Of a stretch of DNA of 64,000 nt, positions 33,802 to 42,520 are shown piece by piece (positions within the stretch are counted from its first letter, which is position 1; each line of letters opens with the position of its first letter). The notes below the pieces were generated by a model. It did no database searches and was not told the origin of the DNA. It saw only the letters and a list, made by a program, of their open reading frames with translations. The position numbers were made by a program, and so were the translations under genes. This DNA is from Caenimonas sp. (GTDB lineage Bacteria > Pseudomonadota > Gammaproteobacteria > Burkholderiales > Burkholderiaceae_C): positions 1,798 through 65,797 of the forward strand of contig JBEIPU010000003.1 of NCBI GenBank assembly GCA_040376925.1. Reading direction: 5' to 3'.

Positions 33802-34795
33802 GGCCCTGACACTTCAACGCCCCGACGACTGGTACCGCGCCCGCCTGGCCCCGCCCACCGGCCGCGTGCGCGTGGTGATCGACACCGACACCGCCAACGA
33901 AATAGACGACCAGTTTGCCCTGGCCTGGGCGCTGCGCTGCCCGCAGCAGCTGGACGTGGTGGCGGTGTATGCCGAGCCGTTCTCCTTTGCGCACCGGCGC
34001 GCCAGTTACCCGGCAGGCGCGCACGACGCGCCGCCGTTCAACCCGCCGGCGCAGGGCATGGAGCGCAGTTACCAGGAAATCATCAAGGTGTACGGGCTGC
34101 TGGGCCTGCCGCATGCGGGCCGCGCATACCGCGGCGCTGCGGCCTACATGGCGCAGCCGCACACGCCGGTGCACAGCGAAGCGGTCGACCACTTGATTGC
34201 CACCGCGCGCGAACACACGCCCGACGGGCCACCCCTGTATGTGCTTGCGCTGGGCTGTGTGACCAACATTGCCAGTGCCTTGCTGCTGGCGCCGGACATT
34301 GCCGGGCGCATCGTGGTGGTGTGGACCAGCGGCTACCCCAGCCACGCGCCGCACATCAACCACAGCTTCAACCTGGAGCAGGACCTGTGGGCCAGCCAGT
34401 GGCTGCTGGACAGCGGCGTGCCCCATGTGTACCTGCCCGGCTACCATGTGGGCGCGCAGCTGCGCCTGTCGCTGGCCGAGGTGGATCGCTACGTGCAGGG
34501 CAGCGGCCCCATGGGCAGCTACCTGCACCAGCTGTTCACCCACAACCCGTTGTGGAGCATTCTGGGCACCCATCCCACGCAGGCCGGCGAGCCGCACAGC
34601 TGGGTGATCTGGGACCTGATCTGCATCGCCTGGGTACTGAACCCCGCCTGGGTGCCCAGCGAACTGGTGCGCACACCGGTGCTGACTGACGACAAACGCT
34701 GGCTGGCGCAGCCGGGTCGGCACTGGATGCGTGAAGGCCATGCAGTGGAGCGCGACGCGATTTTCAATTCCTTGTTTGATGCGCTGCGGCGTTAG
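33794..34795 (+). CDS. inosine-uridine-type nucleoside hydrolase
   Basis: TTG 33794 preceded by AAGGAG at 7 nt. VVIDTDTANEIDDQFALAWAL aspartate cluster. Confidence 0.8.
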   Translation: MTEALTLQRPDDWYRARLAPPTGRVRVVIDTDTANEIDDQFALAWALRCPQQLDVVAVYAEPFSFAHRRASYPAGAHDAPPFNPPAQGMERSYQEIIKVYGLLGLPHAGRAYRGAAAYMAQPHTPVHSEAVDHLIATAREHTPDGPPLYVLALGCVTNIASALLLAPDIAGRIVVVWTSGYPSHAPHINHSFNLEQDLWASQWLLDSGVPHVYLPGYHVGAQLRLSLAEVDRYVQGSGPMGSYLHQLFTHNPLWSILGTHPTQAGEPHSWVIWDLICIAWVLNPAWVPSELVRTPVLTDDKRWLAQPGRHWMREGHAVERDAIFNSLFDALRR

Positions 34796-34850
34796 GCCGC
34801 CCGGCGCCGCCGAAGGAAGGTTTGCCAGAATTGAAGGTTTTTACTGAATC

Positions 34851-34880
34851 AAAAGCAGCTTGATGCTGCTTTTATCTTCT
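34851..34880 (+). terminator. rho-independent terminator after the nucleoside hydrolase gene
   Basis: AAAAGCAGC-TTGAT-GCTGCTTTT hairpin followed by a T-rich ATCTTCT tail. Confidence 0.7.
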
Positions 34881-34935
34881 GCCCCGCGCGCGTAAGGTCT
34901 GTGCCTCAATCCGATTTCTCACGAAGGAGACCCTC

Positions 34936-35859
34936 ATGAAAAAGGTAATTGGTCTGGCCGCACTGGTGCTCGCCCTGGGCACCACGATGGCCTTTGACGT
35001 TGAAGCCAAGCGGCTGGGCGGCGCCAAGTCCAGCGGCATGCAGCGCCAGCAGACGACGCAGCCTGCCACCCCCGCCAACACGCCCGGCTCACCGGCACAG
35101 GCAGCACCCGCTGCCGGCGCCGCCGCAGCTGCAGCCGCGCCCGCCGCCGCAGCGGCCAAGCGCAGCTGGATGGGCCCGATCGCCGGCCTGGCAGCCGGCA
35201 TTGGCCTGATGGCGCTGGCGTCCCACTTCGGCTTTGGCGAGGCCATGGCGAATTTCATGATGATGATGCTGCTCGGCCTGGTCGTGCTGGCGGTGGTCGG
35301 CTTTGTGATGCGCAACCGCATGGCGCGCAACGCCACGCCCGCCGCGGCAGGTGTGGGCGCTGCCGGGCGTACCGGCGGCAGCTTCGGCGGCGGCTTTGGC
35401 AGCCAGCCCGCAGGCGGCACGCGCATCGGATCGGCCTTGGGCGGCGTGAGCGCTGCGGCGGCGCAACCGTCGGCCATCCCGGCGGATTTCGACGCGGCGG
35501 GCTTTGCGCGCAACGCGACCCAGCAGTTCCTGGCGCTGCAGGCGGCCAATGATGCGCGCGACCTGCAACGTCTGCGCGACTACCTCACGCCCGAGATGTT
35601 CGAGGAAGTGCGCGCGGATCTGGAAGCACGCGGCGACGCACCGCAGCAGACCCAGGTGTTCGGCCTGAACGCCCAGGTGCTGGAAGTGGTGGAAGAAGGC
35701 GACCGCTACATCGTGAGCGTGCGCTTCACCGGCGGCATCCGTGACCAGGCCCATGCCGACACGGAAGACCTGGACGAAGTCTGGCACCTGACCAAGCCGC
35801 GTACCGGCTTTGGTGGTTGGGTGGTGGCCGGCATCCAGCAGGTCACACCGGGCGCCTGA
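34936..35859 (+). CDS. Tim44-like domain protein (signal peptide, Ala/Gly-rich linker, TM)
   Basis: AAGGAGA SD. C-terminal domain FDAAGFARNATQQFLALQAANDARDLQRLRDYLTPEMF ... WVVAGIQQ is typical of bacterial Tim44-like proteins. Confidence 0.75.
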   Translation: MKKVIGLAALVLALGTTMAFDVEAKRLGGAKSSGMQRQQTTQPATPANTPGSPAQAAPAAGAAAAAAAPAAAAAKRSWMGPIAGLAAGIGLMALASHFGFGEAMANFMMMMLLGLVVLAVVGFVMRNRMARNATPAAAGVGAAGRTGGSFGGGFGSQPAGGTRIGSALGGVSAAAAQPSAIPADFDAAGFARNATQQFLALQAANDARDLQRLRDYLTPEMFEEVRADLEARGDAPQQTQVFGLNAQVLEVVEEGDRYIVSVRFTGGIRDQAHADTEDLDEVWHLTKPRTGFGGWVVAGIQQVTPGA

Positions 35860-35876
35860 ACCCGATCAGCGACGCC

Positions 35877-36791
35877 CTAACCAGGCGTCGCGTTTTTCAA
35901 GCCATCCAGCATCCGCTGCACCAGCGGATGCTGGATTTTTCTTTCTGCCGAGATCAGGTAGAACGCCTCGACCAGCTCGGGGCTGTCGCCGATCTGCACG
36001 ATCGCGGGGTCGGCCAGCAGTTCCTTTTTTGACAGCAGCGACGCCGGAAAGGCGCCCATGCCGCTGCGGCCAAACGCCGCCAGCAATGCGCTGTCCTCAA
36101 ACTCGCCGACGATATTCGGGCGCAGCCCCTCGCGTTCCAGCCAGTGGTCAATGCGCACACGCACGGCCGCATGCCCCGTGGGCAGCAGCAGCGGCATCTG
36201 CGCCAGGCAGGCCGGAAAGCGCAGGCGGCGCTTGCCGCCGACCTTGTCGGCCATGGCCGCCGGCGCAAACCACGCCAGCGGCGCCTCGCCGAGCTTATGG
36301 CTGTACAGGCGCAGGTTGGGGTTGTTGGTGGGCGCGGCGCGGTCGGCCAGGAGCGCGTCCAGCTTGTGCAGCGCCAGCTCGGCCAGCAGGCGGTCAAACT
36401 CATCTTCGTGGCACAGCAGCCGCGCGCCGGTGTCGGCCACCGCGGGGCGCAGCAGGTGGCGCACCACCAGCTTGGGCAGGCCGTCCGAAATGCCCACACG
36501 CAGGCGCAGCCCCACGCCGGTGGCGGCCTCGCGCACGGCAGCGGGTAGCGCCTCGCCCAGCTGGAAGATCTGCTCGGCCAGCGCCATGGCCGCCTCACCG
36601 CCTTCGGTCAGCACCAGCGCGCGGCCGGCGGGCTTGAACAGCGCATGGCCCAGGTCCTGCTCCAGCGCGCGCACCTGGGCGCTCACGGTCTGCACCGCCA
36701 TGCCCAGCCGTTCGGCCGCGCGGGAGATGCCGCCTTCCTTGGCGACGACCCAGAAGTAATACAGGTGGCGGAAGTTGAGCGGCGTGGCCAT
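35877..36791 (-). CDS. LysR-family transcriptional regulator (NhaR-like)
   Basis: ATG 36791. LNFRHLYYFWVVAKEGGISRAAERLGMAVQTVSAQVRALE helix-turn-helix. Confidence 0.85.
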   Translation of the reverse strand: MATPLNFRHLYYFWVVAKEGGISRAAERLGMAVQTVSAQVRALEQDLGHALFKPAGRALVLTEGGEAAMALAEQIFQLGEALPAAVREAATGVGLRLRVGISDGLPKLVVRHLLRPAVADTGARLLCHEDEFDRLLAELALHKLDALLADRAAPTNNPNLRLYSHKLGEAPLAWFAPAAMADKVGGKRRLRFPACLAQMPLLLPTGHAAVRVRIDHWLEREGLRPNIVGEFEDSALLAAFGRSGMGAFPASLLSKKELLADPAIVQIGDSPELVEAFYLISAERKIQHPLVQRMLDGLKNATPG

Positions 36792-36795
36792 GGGT

Positions 36796-37524
36796 TCAGG
36801 GCGCCACCGCCGCTCCGCTGATGCCGTGCCGTGCCAGTGCATCGGCCACAAAGCCGCTGCGCTTCATGTCTTCCACATAGGCGGCCAATACCGCCGCAGC
36901 CTCGGGCCCACGGCTGCGCGGGCAGCCCATGGCCTGCTGGATCACCATGAAGTGCCCCGGCAACAGGCGCAGGCCGCCCAGGCGTTGCGCGTCTGCCTCC
37001 AGCTGCTGCTTCACTCCGGCGGCCACATCGGCGCCCTGCGCCAGGAAGTAGTCCACCACCGCCGGCGAGCTGGGCGCGCGCAGCAAGCTGGCGTGCCTGA
37101 TCTCGCGGCTCAGGTACAGGTCGTAGGCGCTGCCCTGGCCCACCACCACGCGCGTGCCGGCGCTGTCCACCTGCGCCATGGCGGTCAGCGGCGAATCATG
37201 GCGCACGGCGTAGCAGCCTTCGATCAGCACATAGGCCGCGGTGAAGTGGATGCCTTCGCCGCGCTTGGGGTCGATGGCAAAAAACCCGATGTCGGCCTGC
37301 TCCTGCGTCACGGCGTCCACCGATTTGGCGGCGGTGTCAAACACCACCAGCTCCAGCGGCACCCCCAGGCGCTGGGCAAACCCGCGCGCCAGGTCCACCG
37401 ATACGCCCCGGGCCGTGCCGGTGGCCGCATCGGGCGCGGCCAGGATCGGGTTGCCGGTATTGATGGACGCGCGCAGGCGGCCAGTGGGTGCCAGGGCGGC
37501 AATGAGTGCAGGGGTGAGGGTCAT
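36796..37524 (-). CDS. family-3 solute-binding-domain protein without an obvious signal peptide
   Basis: SBP_bac_3-like motifs (GVSVDLARGFAQRLGVPLELV, ADIGFFAIDPKR). Stops 4 nt before the LysR ATG. Confidence 0.65.
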   Translation of the reverse strand: MTLTPALIAALAPTGRLRASINTGNPILAAPDAATGTARGVSVDLARGFAQRLGVPLELVVFDTAAKSVDAVTQEQADIGFFAIDPKRGEGIHFTAAYVLIEGCYAVRHDSPLTAMAQVDSAGTRVVVGQGSAYDLYLSREIRHASLLRAPSSPAVVDYFLAQGADVAAGVKQQLEADAQRLGGLRLLPGHFMVIQQAMGCPRSRGPEAAAVLAAYVEDMKRSGFVADALARHGISGAAVAP

Positions 37525-37602
37525 GGCGCTGCGCGGGGGATGTAGTGGGCTTCAGGCGCCATGGTACCCACGCGCGAAGAACCCCATGGGAAAATCCCGC
37601 CC

Positions 37603-38436
37603 ATGTCCGCCCTGGTTCACACCGCCTTCTACAAGTTTGTCCCGCTCACAGACCCCGACGGTGTGGCGGCGCAGCTCAGGCTGCGGCTGGCGCAAGGCGG
37701 CGCGCTAAGCGGCAGCGTCCTGCTGGCCACCGAGGGCATCAACGGCATGCTGGCGGGCACGGTGGACGCGGTAGACGCCATTGAAAAGGCGCTGTGTGAA
37801 GACGCAGCTTTCGCCGGCGCCTTCAGTGGCATGGCGTTCAAGCGCAGCGCCTGCCACACCCCGCCGTTTGCCCGGCTCAAGGTTCACGTCAAGAAGGAAA
37901 TCGTGCCGCTGGGCATGGATGGGGTGGACGCGCGGCGCACCGGCATCAATGTGCCACCGAAAGACTGGCGCGAACTGATCAAGTCCACCGACGTGGTGCT
38001 GCTGGACAACCGCAACAGCTTTGAGTACCGCCTGGGCCATTTTGCGGGCGCGGTGGACCCGGGCGTGGCGAACTTCCGCGACTTCCCGGCCTATGTGCAG
38101 GCCCACGCCGCGCAGTGGCAGGCGCAGGGCACGCGCGTGGCCATGTACTGCACCGGCGGCATCCGCTGCGAAAAGACCAGCGCCTGGATGCGGGGGCTGG
38201 GCCTGTCGGTGTACCAGCTGGACGGCGGCATCCTCAACTACTTCCAGCAGATGCCCGACGCGCAGCAGGACTGGCACGGCGAATGTTTTGTGTTTGACAA
38301 CCGCGTGGCGCTGGACACGCGCCTGAACGAAACCGCCACCACGCTGGAAGACGTGTACGACGCCGGGCCCGACGGCGCCTGGCGCCTGGCGCGCGCGCGG
38401 CGGCTGGCGCTGGCCGCGCCGATGCCGGGCGGCTGA
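37603..38436 (+). CDS. trhO: rhodanese-domain tRNA U34 hydroxylase TrhO (YceA/UPF0176)
   Basis: AFYKFVPL, LLATEGINGMLAG and active-site YCTGGIRCEK. Confidence 0.8.
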   Translation: MSALVHTAFYKFVPLTDPDGVAAQLRLRLAQGGALSGSVLLATEGINGMLAGTVDAVDAIEKALCEDAAFAGAFSGMAFKRSACHTPPFARLKVHVKKEIVPLGMDGVDARRTGINVPPKDWRELIKSTDVVLLDNRNSFEYRLGHFAGAVDPGVANFRDFPAYVQAHAAQWQAQGTRVAMYCTGGIRCEKTSAWMRGLGLSVYQLDGGILNYFQQMPDAQQDWHGECFVFDNRVALDTRLNETATTLEDVYDAGPDGAWRLARARRLALAAPMPGG

Positions 38437-38438
38437 GC

Positions 38439-39344
38439 ATGCTGCCCGTACGTGATGGCGTGGGAGCCAGCCAGGTCGGCCTGCCCGAAGGCCCATGGGC
38501 GCGCATGCTCGACTTCCTGGTGCAGCGCTTTCCCGCGATACCGGCCGCGCAGTGGCGCGAGCGCATGGCCTGTGGCGATGTGGTGGACGAAGCGGGCCGC
38601 TGCATCACGCCCGATCAGCCCTACGCCGCGCACGGCAAGCTGTACTACTACCGCACGGTGCCGGGCGAGGCACCCAACGCCGCCCAGGCCACCGTGCTGT
38701 TTGAGGACGAGCTGCTGGTGGTGGCCGACAAGCCGCACTTCCTGCCTGTGACGCCATCGGGCAACTACCTGCAGGAAACCCTGCTGGTGCGCCTGCGCCG
38801 CCAGCTGGGGCTGGACACGCTGACGCCGCTGCACCGGCTGGACCGCGAGACGGCGGGCGTGGTGCTGCTGGCCAAGCAGCCGGCCACCTGCGAGCATTAC
38901 CACCGGCTGTTCTTCAGCCGCGGCATGACCAAGGTGTACGAGGCCATTGCGGCCAGCCCGCAGGGCACGGCGCTGCGCTTTCCGCTCACGCGGGCCAGCA
39001 CGCTGGAGGAGGGTGAGCATTTCATGCAGATGCGCGAGGCGCCGGCTGACGCCGCGGCCGTGCCCAATGCCAGCACCGACATCGAATGGCTGGAAACGCA
39101 GGGCGCCCATGCCCGCTACCGCCTGCGGCCGCTGACCGGGCGGCGCCACCAGCTGCGCGTGCACATGGCCGCGCTGGGCCTGCCCATCCTGGGTGACCGC
39201 ATCTACCCCGCGCTGCTGCCCCAGGGTGGCGACGAGCCGCACAACCCGCTGCGCCTGCTGGCGCAGGGCATTGCGTTTCGTGACCCCATCACGGGGCAGG
39301 ACCGCAGCTTCGTGAGCCGCCAGCAGCTGCACTTTCCCGCGTAA
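38439..39344 (+). CDS. RluA-family pseudouridine synthase
   Basis: HRLDRETAGVVLLAK catalytic Asp motif and HQLRVHMAALGLPILGD. Confidence 0.85.
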   Translation: MLPVRDGVGASQVGLPEGPWARMLDFLVQRFPAIPAAQWRERMACGDVVDEAGRCITPDQPYAAHGKLYYYRTVPGEAPNAAQATVLFEDELLVVADKPHFLPVTPSGNYLQETLLVRLRRQLGLDTLTPLHRLDRETAGVVLLAKQPATCEHYHRLFFSRGMTKVYEAIAASPQGTALRFPLTRASTLEEGEHFMQMREAPADAAAVPNASTDIEWLETQGAHARYRLRPLTGRRHQLRVHMAALGLPILGDRIYPALLPQGGDEPHNPLRLLAQGIAFRDPITGQDRSFVSRQQLHFPA

Positions 39345-39430
39345 CAGCGTGTGCGCGTAGTTCTGCGCTGACAGCAGGCGGGTTGGCTGTGCTGACGGGC
39401 GCGGGCCCCGGGTGGGCCTAGATTGAAAAG

Positions 39431-39465
39431 CCGGCGCCGCACTGATGCGCCGGTGAATCTTTTTC
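39431..39465 (+). terminator. putative terminator after the pseudouridine synthase gene
   Basis: CCGGCGC-N9-GCGCCGG stem. The T-run CTTTTTCTTT begins 5 nt downstream. Confidence 0.45.
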
Positions 39466-39489
39466 TTTCAAACACCCAGGAGCCCCACC

Positions 39490-39978
39490 ATGAGCAAAGC
39501 ACCCCCGAAAAAAGGCGACGCCGTCGACCTGCTGGACGCCGACCATGTCGCCGTCAAGAAGCTGTTCCAGCAATTCAACAAGCTGGCCGAAGCTGACGCA
39601 CCCGCCACCCAGCGCAAACAGCTGGCGGACCAGATCTGCCAGGAACTGACCGTCCATGCGCAACTGGAAGAAGAGCTGTTTTACCCGCCGGTGCGTGAGG
39701 CCATTGGCAAGGACGACATCATGGACGAGGCCGACGTGGAGCATGCCAGCGCCAAGGACCTGATCGCGCAGATCGAGGCGATGGACGCCGACGCGAGTCA
39801 CTTCAACGCCAAGGTGAAAGTGCTGGGCGAAATGATCGACCACCACGTGACCGAAGAGCGCGAAAAAATGTTCCCGCAGGCGCGCAAAAGCGGCCTGGAC
39901 CTGGTGGCCATGGTGCCGGGGCTGCAAGAGCGCAAGGCACTGCTGAAGCATGAACTGGGCGAGGGCGTGGCGGCCTGA
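39490..39978 (+). CDS. hemerythrin-domain protein
   Basis: LLDADHVAVKKLF, HAQLEEELFYP and IDHHVTEEREKMFP His/Glu pattern. Confidence 0.8.
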   Translation: MSKAPPKKGDAVDLLDADHVAVKKLFQQFNKLAEADAPATQRKQLADQICQELTVHAQLEEELFYPPVREAIGKDDIMDEADVEHASAKDLIAQIEAMDADASHFNAKVKVLGEMIDHHVTEEREKMFPQARKSGLDLVAMVPGLQERKALLKHELGEGVAA

Positions 39979-40058
39979 GCCGTGCGCTGCGGCTGATCGC
40001 AGACAATGGCCGGCACGGTGCCCCACCGGGGGCGCCACCACCCACGGGGACTGCCGCC

Positions 40059-41264
40059 ATGAAGCTCAAGACAATCGCCCTCGGCCTGCTGGCCGCGGTG
40101 GCCGTGGCCGGCACCGCCGGCTGGTTCAGCCTGGACAAGGAAACGCGGGGCCTGCTGGCCACCGTGCCCACCAACCGCGACCTGCTGTTCTGGACGGTGC
40201 CGCAGCGCGACGCTGCCTTTCGCGCGCTGGACCGCATCCCGCTGCTGGCCAGGGCCCGGCCCATCGGCGCGGGCAGCACGCCATCGCTCCTGCCCGCGGG
40301 CGCGCCGCTGAAACTGGGCATGGACGTGGACGCCTTCATGGCCGCGCAGCGCAGCGCGGCGGTGATCGTGCTGCACGACGGCAAGCTGCGGCTGGAGCGT
40401 TACGGCCTGGGCTTTGATGCGAACGGCCGCTGGACCAGCTTTTCAGTGGCCAAGTCCATGACATCCACGCTGGTGGGCGCGGCCATCCGCGACGGGCATA
40501 TCAAGAGCATGGACGACAAGGTCAGCGACTACATCCCGCAAATGAAGGGCTCGGCCTATGACGACGTGAGCATCCGCCAGCTGCTGACCATGACCTCGGG
40601 TGTGCGCTGGAATGAAGATTACGCCGACCCGAATTCCGACGTGGCGCGCTTCAACAACCACAAGCCCGAGCCCGGCGTGGACGCGCTTGTGAGCTATATG
40701 CGCCAGCTGCCGCGCGTCGCACCGGCCGGCACGCGCTGGCACTACAGCACGGGCGAGACCAACCTGGTGGGCATTCTGCTGGCGCAGGCGACGAACAAGC
40801 CGCTGGCCACCTACCTGTCTGAAAAAATCTGGGTGCCAGCGGGCATGGAACAGCAGGCCACCTGGATCCTGAGCAAGACAGGCCAGGAGATCAGCGGCTG
40901 TTGCATCCAGGCGGCCACACGCGACTTTGCGCTCGTGGGTCAGTTCATCATGAACGGTGCCATGGTCAACGGCACCAGCATCGTGCCCGACGGCTGGCTG
41001 GCCGAGGCCACCACCACCCGCATGCCCATCGGCCAGGCCGACCGCGGCTACGGCTACCAGTGGTGGACCTATGCCGACGGCAGCTATTCAGCGCGCGGCA
41101 TTTTCGGCCAGGGCATCTTCATCGACCCGAAACGCAAGCTGGTCGTCGCGCTGAATGCCAACTGGGGCACCGGCGCCAACGACCGTGGTTCCAGCGCCCA
41201 GCGCGAGGCGTTCTACCAGGCGGTGCAAAAGGCGATCGACGACGAAGCAGGCGCAGCCCGCTGA
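40059..41264 (+). CDS. beta-lactamase-fold serine hydrolase
   Basis: Signal/anchor sequence, S-x-x-K nucleophile FSVAKSMTS, YSTGETN. Confidence 0.8.
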   Translation: MKLKTIALGLLAAVAVAGTAGWFSLDKETRGLLATVPTNRDLLFWTVPQRDAAFRALDRIPLLARARPIGAGSTPSLLPAGAPLKLGMDVDAFMAAQRSAAVIVLHDGKLRLERYGLGFDANGRWTSFSVAKSMTSTLVGAAIRDGHIKSMDDKVSDYIPQMKGSAYDDVSIRQLLTMTSGVRWNEDYADPNSDVARFNNHKPEPGVDALVSYMRQLPRVAPAGTRWHYSTGETNLVGILLAQATNKPLATYLSEKIWVPAGMEQQATWILSKTGQEISGCCIQAATRDFALVGQFIMNGAMVNGTSIVPDGWLAEATTTRMPIGQADRGYGYQWWTYADGSYSARGIFGQGIFIDPKRKLVVALNANWGTGANDRGSSAQREAFYQAVQKAIDDEAGAAR

Positions 41265-41284
41265 GCGCCCCGATCGGGCAAGGG

Positions 41285-41479
41285 CTACTTGCTTTTGTCC
41301 TTGCTGGTGGCTTGCGTGCTGCCGGTCGTCAGCCGACCGCGCTTGACCAGAGCCTCGCGCAACAGGAACTCCACCTGCGCATTGGCGCTGCGCAGCTCCT
41401 GTGCGGCCAGGCGTTCGATTTCCGCCCACAGGACGGGATCGATCCGCAGGGGAAACGCCTTCTTGCCGGGGCTTGCCAT
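41285..41479 (-). CDS. Arc/MetJ-type ribbon-helix-helix DNA-binding protein
   Basis: ATG 41479. KKAFPLRIDPVLWAEIERLAAQELRSANAQVEFLLREAL fits beta-alpha-alpha RHH. Lies 32 nt after the SPFH gene. Confidence 0.55.
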   Translation of the reverse strand: MASPGKKAFPLRIDPVLWAEIERLAAQELRSANAQVEFLLREALVKRGRLTTGSTQATSKDKSK

Positions 41480-41511
41480 GGAAAAGGGATCGTCGGCGCG
41501 GTTCGCGCGGG

Positions 41512-42408
41512 TCAGTTGTAAAGCGTGCCGGCGTTGATCACCGGCTGGGCATTGTTGTCTGAACACAGTACCACCAGCAGGTTGGACACCATGGCCGCCT
41601 TGCGCTCGTCGTCCAGCGTGACCAGGTTGCGTTCAGACAGGCCGTTGAGCGCGGCTTCCACCATGCCCACGGCGCCGGCCACGATCTGGTGGCGAGCGCT
41701 GACGATGGCCGTGGCCTGCTGGCGGCGCAGCATCACCTGGGCAATCTCGGGCGCATAAGCCAGGTGTGTCAGCTTGGCGTCCAGCACCTCCACGCCGGCG
41801 GTGGAAAAGCGCTGGTTCAGGTCGTCCTTGAGGGCATTGGCCACAGTGTCCAGCCCGGCGCGCAGCGTGACTTCATCGGCGTCCAGGTCCTCGCCGCTGT
41901 CATAGGCGTACAGCGTGGCCAGGTGGCGGATGGCGGCCTCGGCCTGGATGGTGACGAATCGGGTGTAGTCGTCGATGTCGAACACGGCCTGCGCCGTGTC
42001 GTGAACGCGCCAGACCACCGCCGCGCCGATTTCCACCGGGTTGCCGCGCTTGTCATTGACCTTTAGCGGCGCGGTGTTCAGGTTGCGTGCACGCAGCGAT
42101 ATCTTTTTGCCGCTTTGCAGCGGGTTGCGCCAGCGCAGGCCCTCGGTGCGGTCGGTGCCCTGGTACTTGCCGAACAGCGTGAGGATCACGCCTTCATTGG
42201 GCTGCAGCATGTACAGGCCTATCAGCACCACGATGCCGCTGGCCAGCAGCGCCATGCCCAGCAGACCGGGGGCCATGCGCTGTGACAGCACCAGCACGCC
42301 CAGGCTTGCCAGCAGCACGCCGGCCGCCGCCATGGCATAGCCGTTTTGCGATTGGTAGGGCTTCTCGCGGGTGGTTTGCCGCGCGGGGGTGACCAGAGGA
42401 TGGACCAT
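41512..42408 (-). CDS. SPFH/band-7 domain membrane protein
   Basis: Two N-terminal TM helices, then an SPFH core (NEGVILTLFGKYQGT ... VEIGAAVVWRV). Confidence 0.85.
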   Translation of the reverse strand: MVHPLVTPARQTTREKPYQSQNGYAMAAAGVLLASLGVLVLSQRMAPGLLGMALLASGIVVLIGLYMLQPNEGVILTLFGKYQGTDRTEGLRWRNPLQSGKKISLRARNLNTAPLKVNDKRGNPVEIGAAVVWRVHDTAQAVFDIDDYTRFVTIQAEAAIRHLATLYAYDSGEDLDADEVTLRAGLDTVANALKDDLNQRFSTAGVEVLDAKLTHLAYAPEIAQVMLRRQQATAIVSARHQIVAGAVGMVEAALNGLSERNLVTLDDERKAAMVSNLLVVLCSDNNAQPVINAGTLYN

Positions 42409-42423
42409 GGTTGACTCCAGGAA

Positions 42424-42439
42424 AAAGTGATATCACTTT
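42424..42439. promoter_or_regulatory. perfect 16-bp palindrome in a divergent promoter spacer
   Basis: AAAGTGATATCACTTT, 15 nt upstream of the SPFH ATG, in an AT-rich spacer. Confidence 0.45.
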
Positions 42440-42520
42440 AATATCTTCCAGGAGGTGTGTCAAACAGCTTGCCGGGGTGCCCTCAAGCTGCGCCAGGCGC
42501 TCAGTACACTCGACGCCATC

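Noticed and set aside
35060-35170. GCC/GCA-rich repetitive tract that looks like a simple-sequence repeat.
   Set aside because: It is the Ala/Pro-rich linker (AAPAAGAAAAAAAPAAAAA) inside the Tim44-like ORF. It is coding low complexity, not a discrete repeat element.
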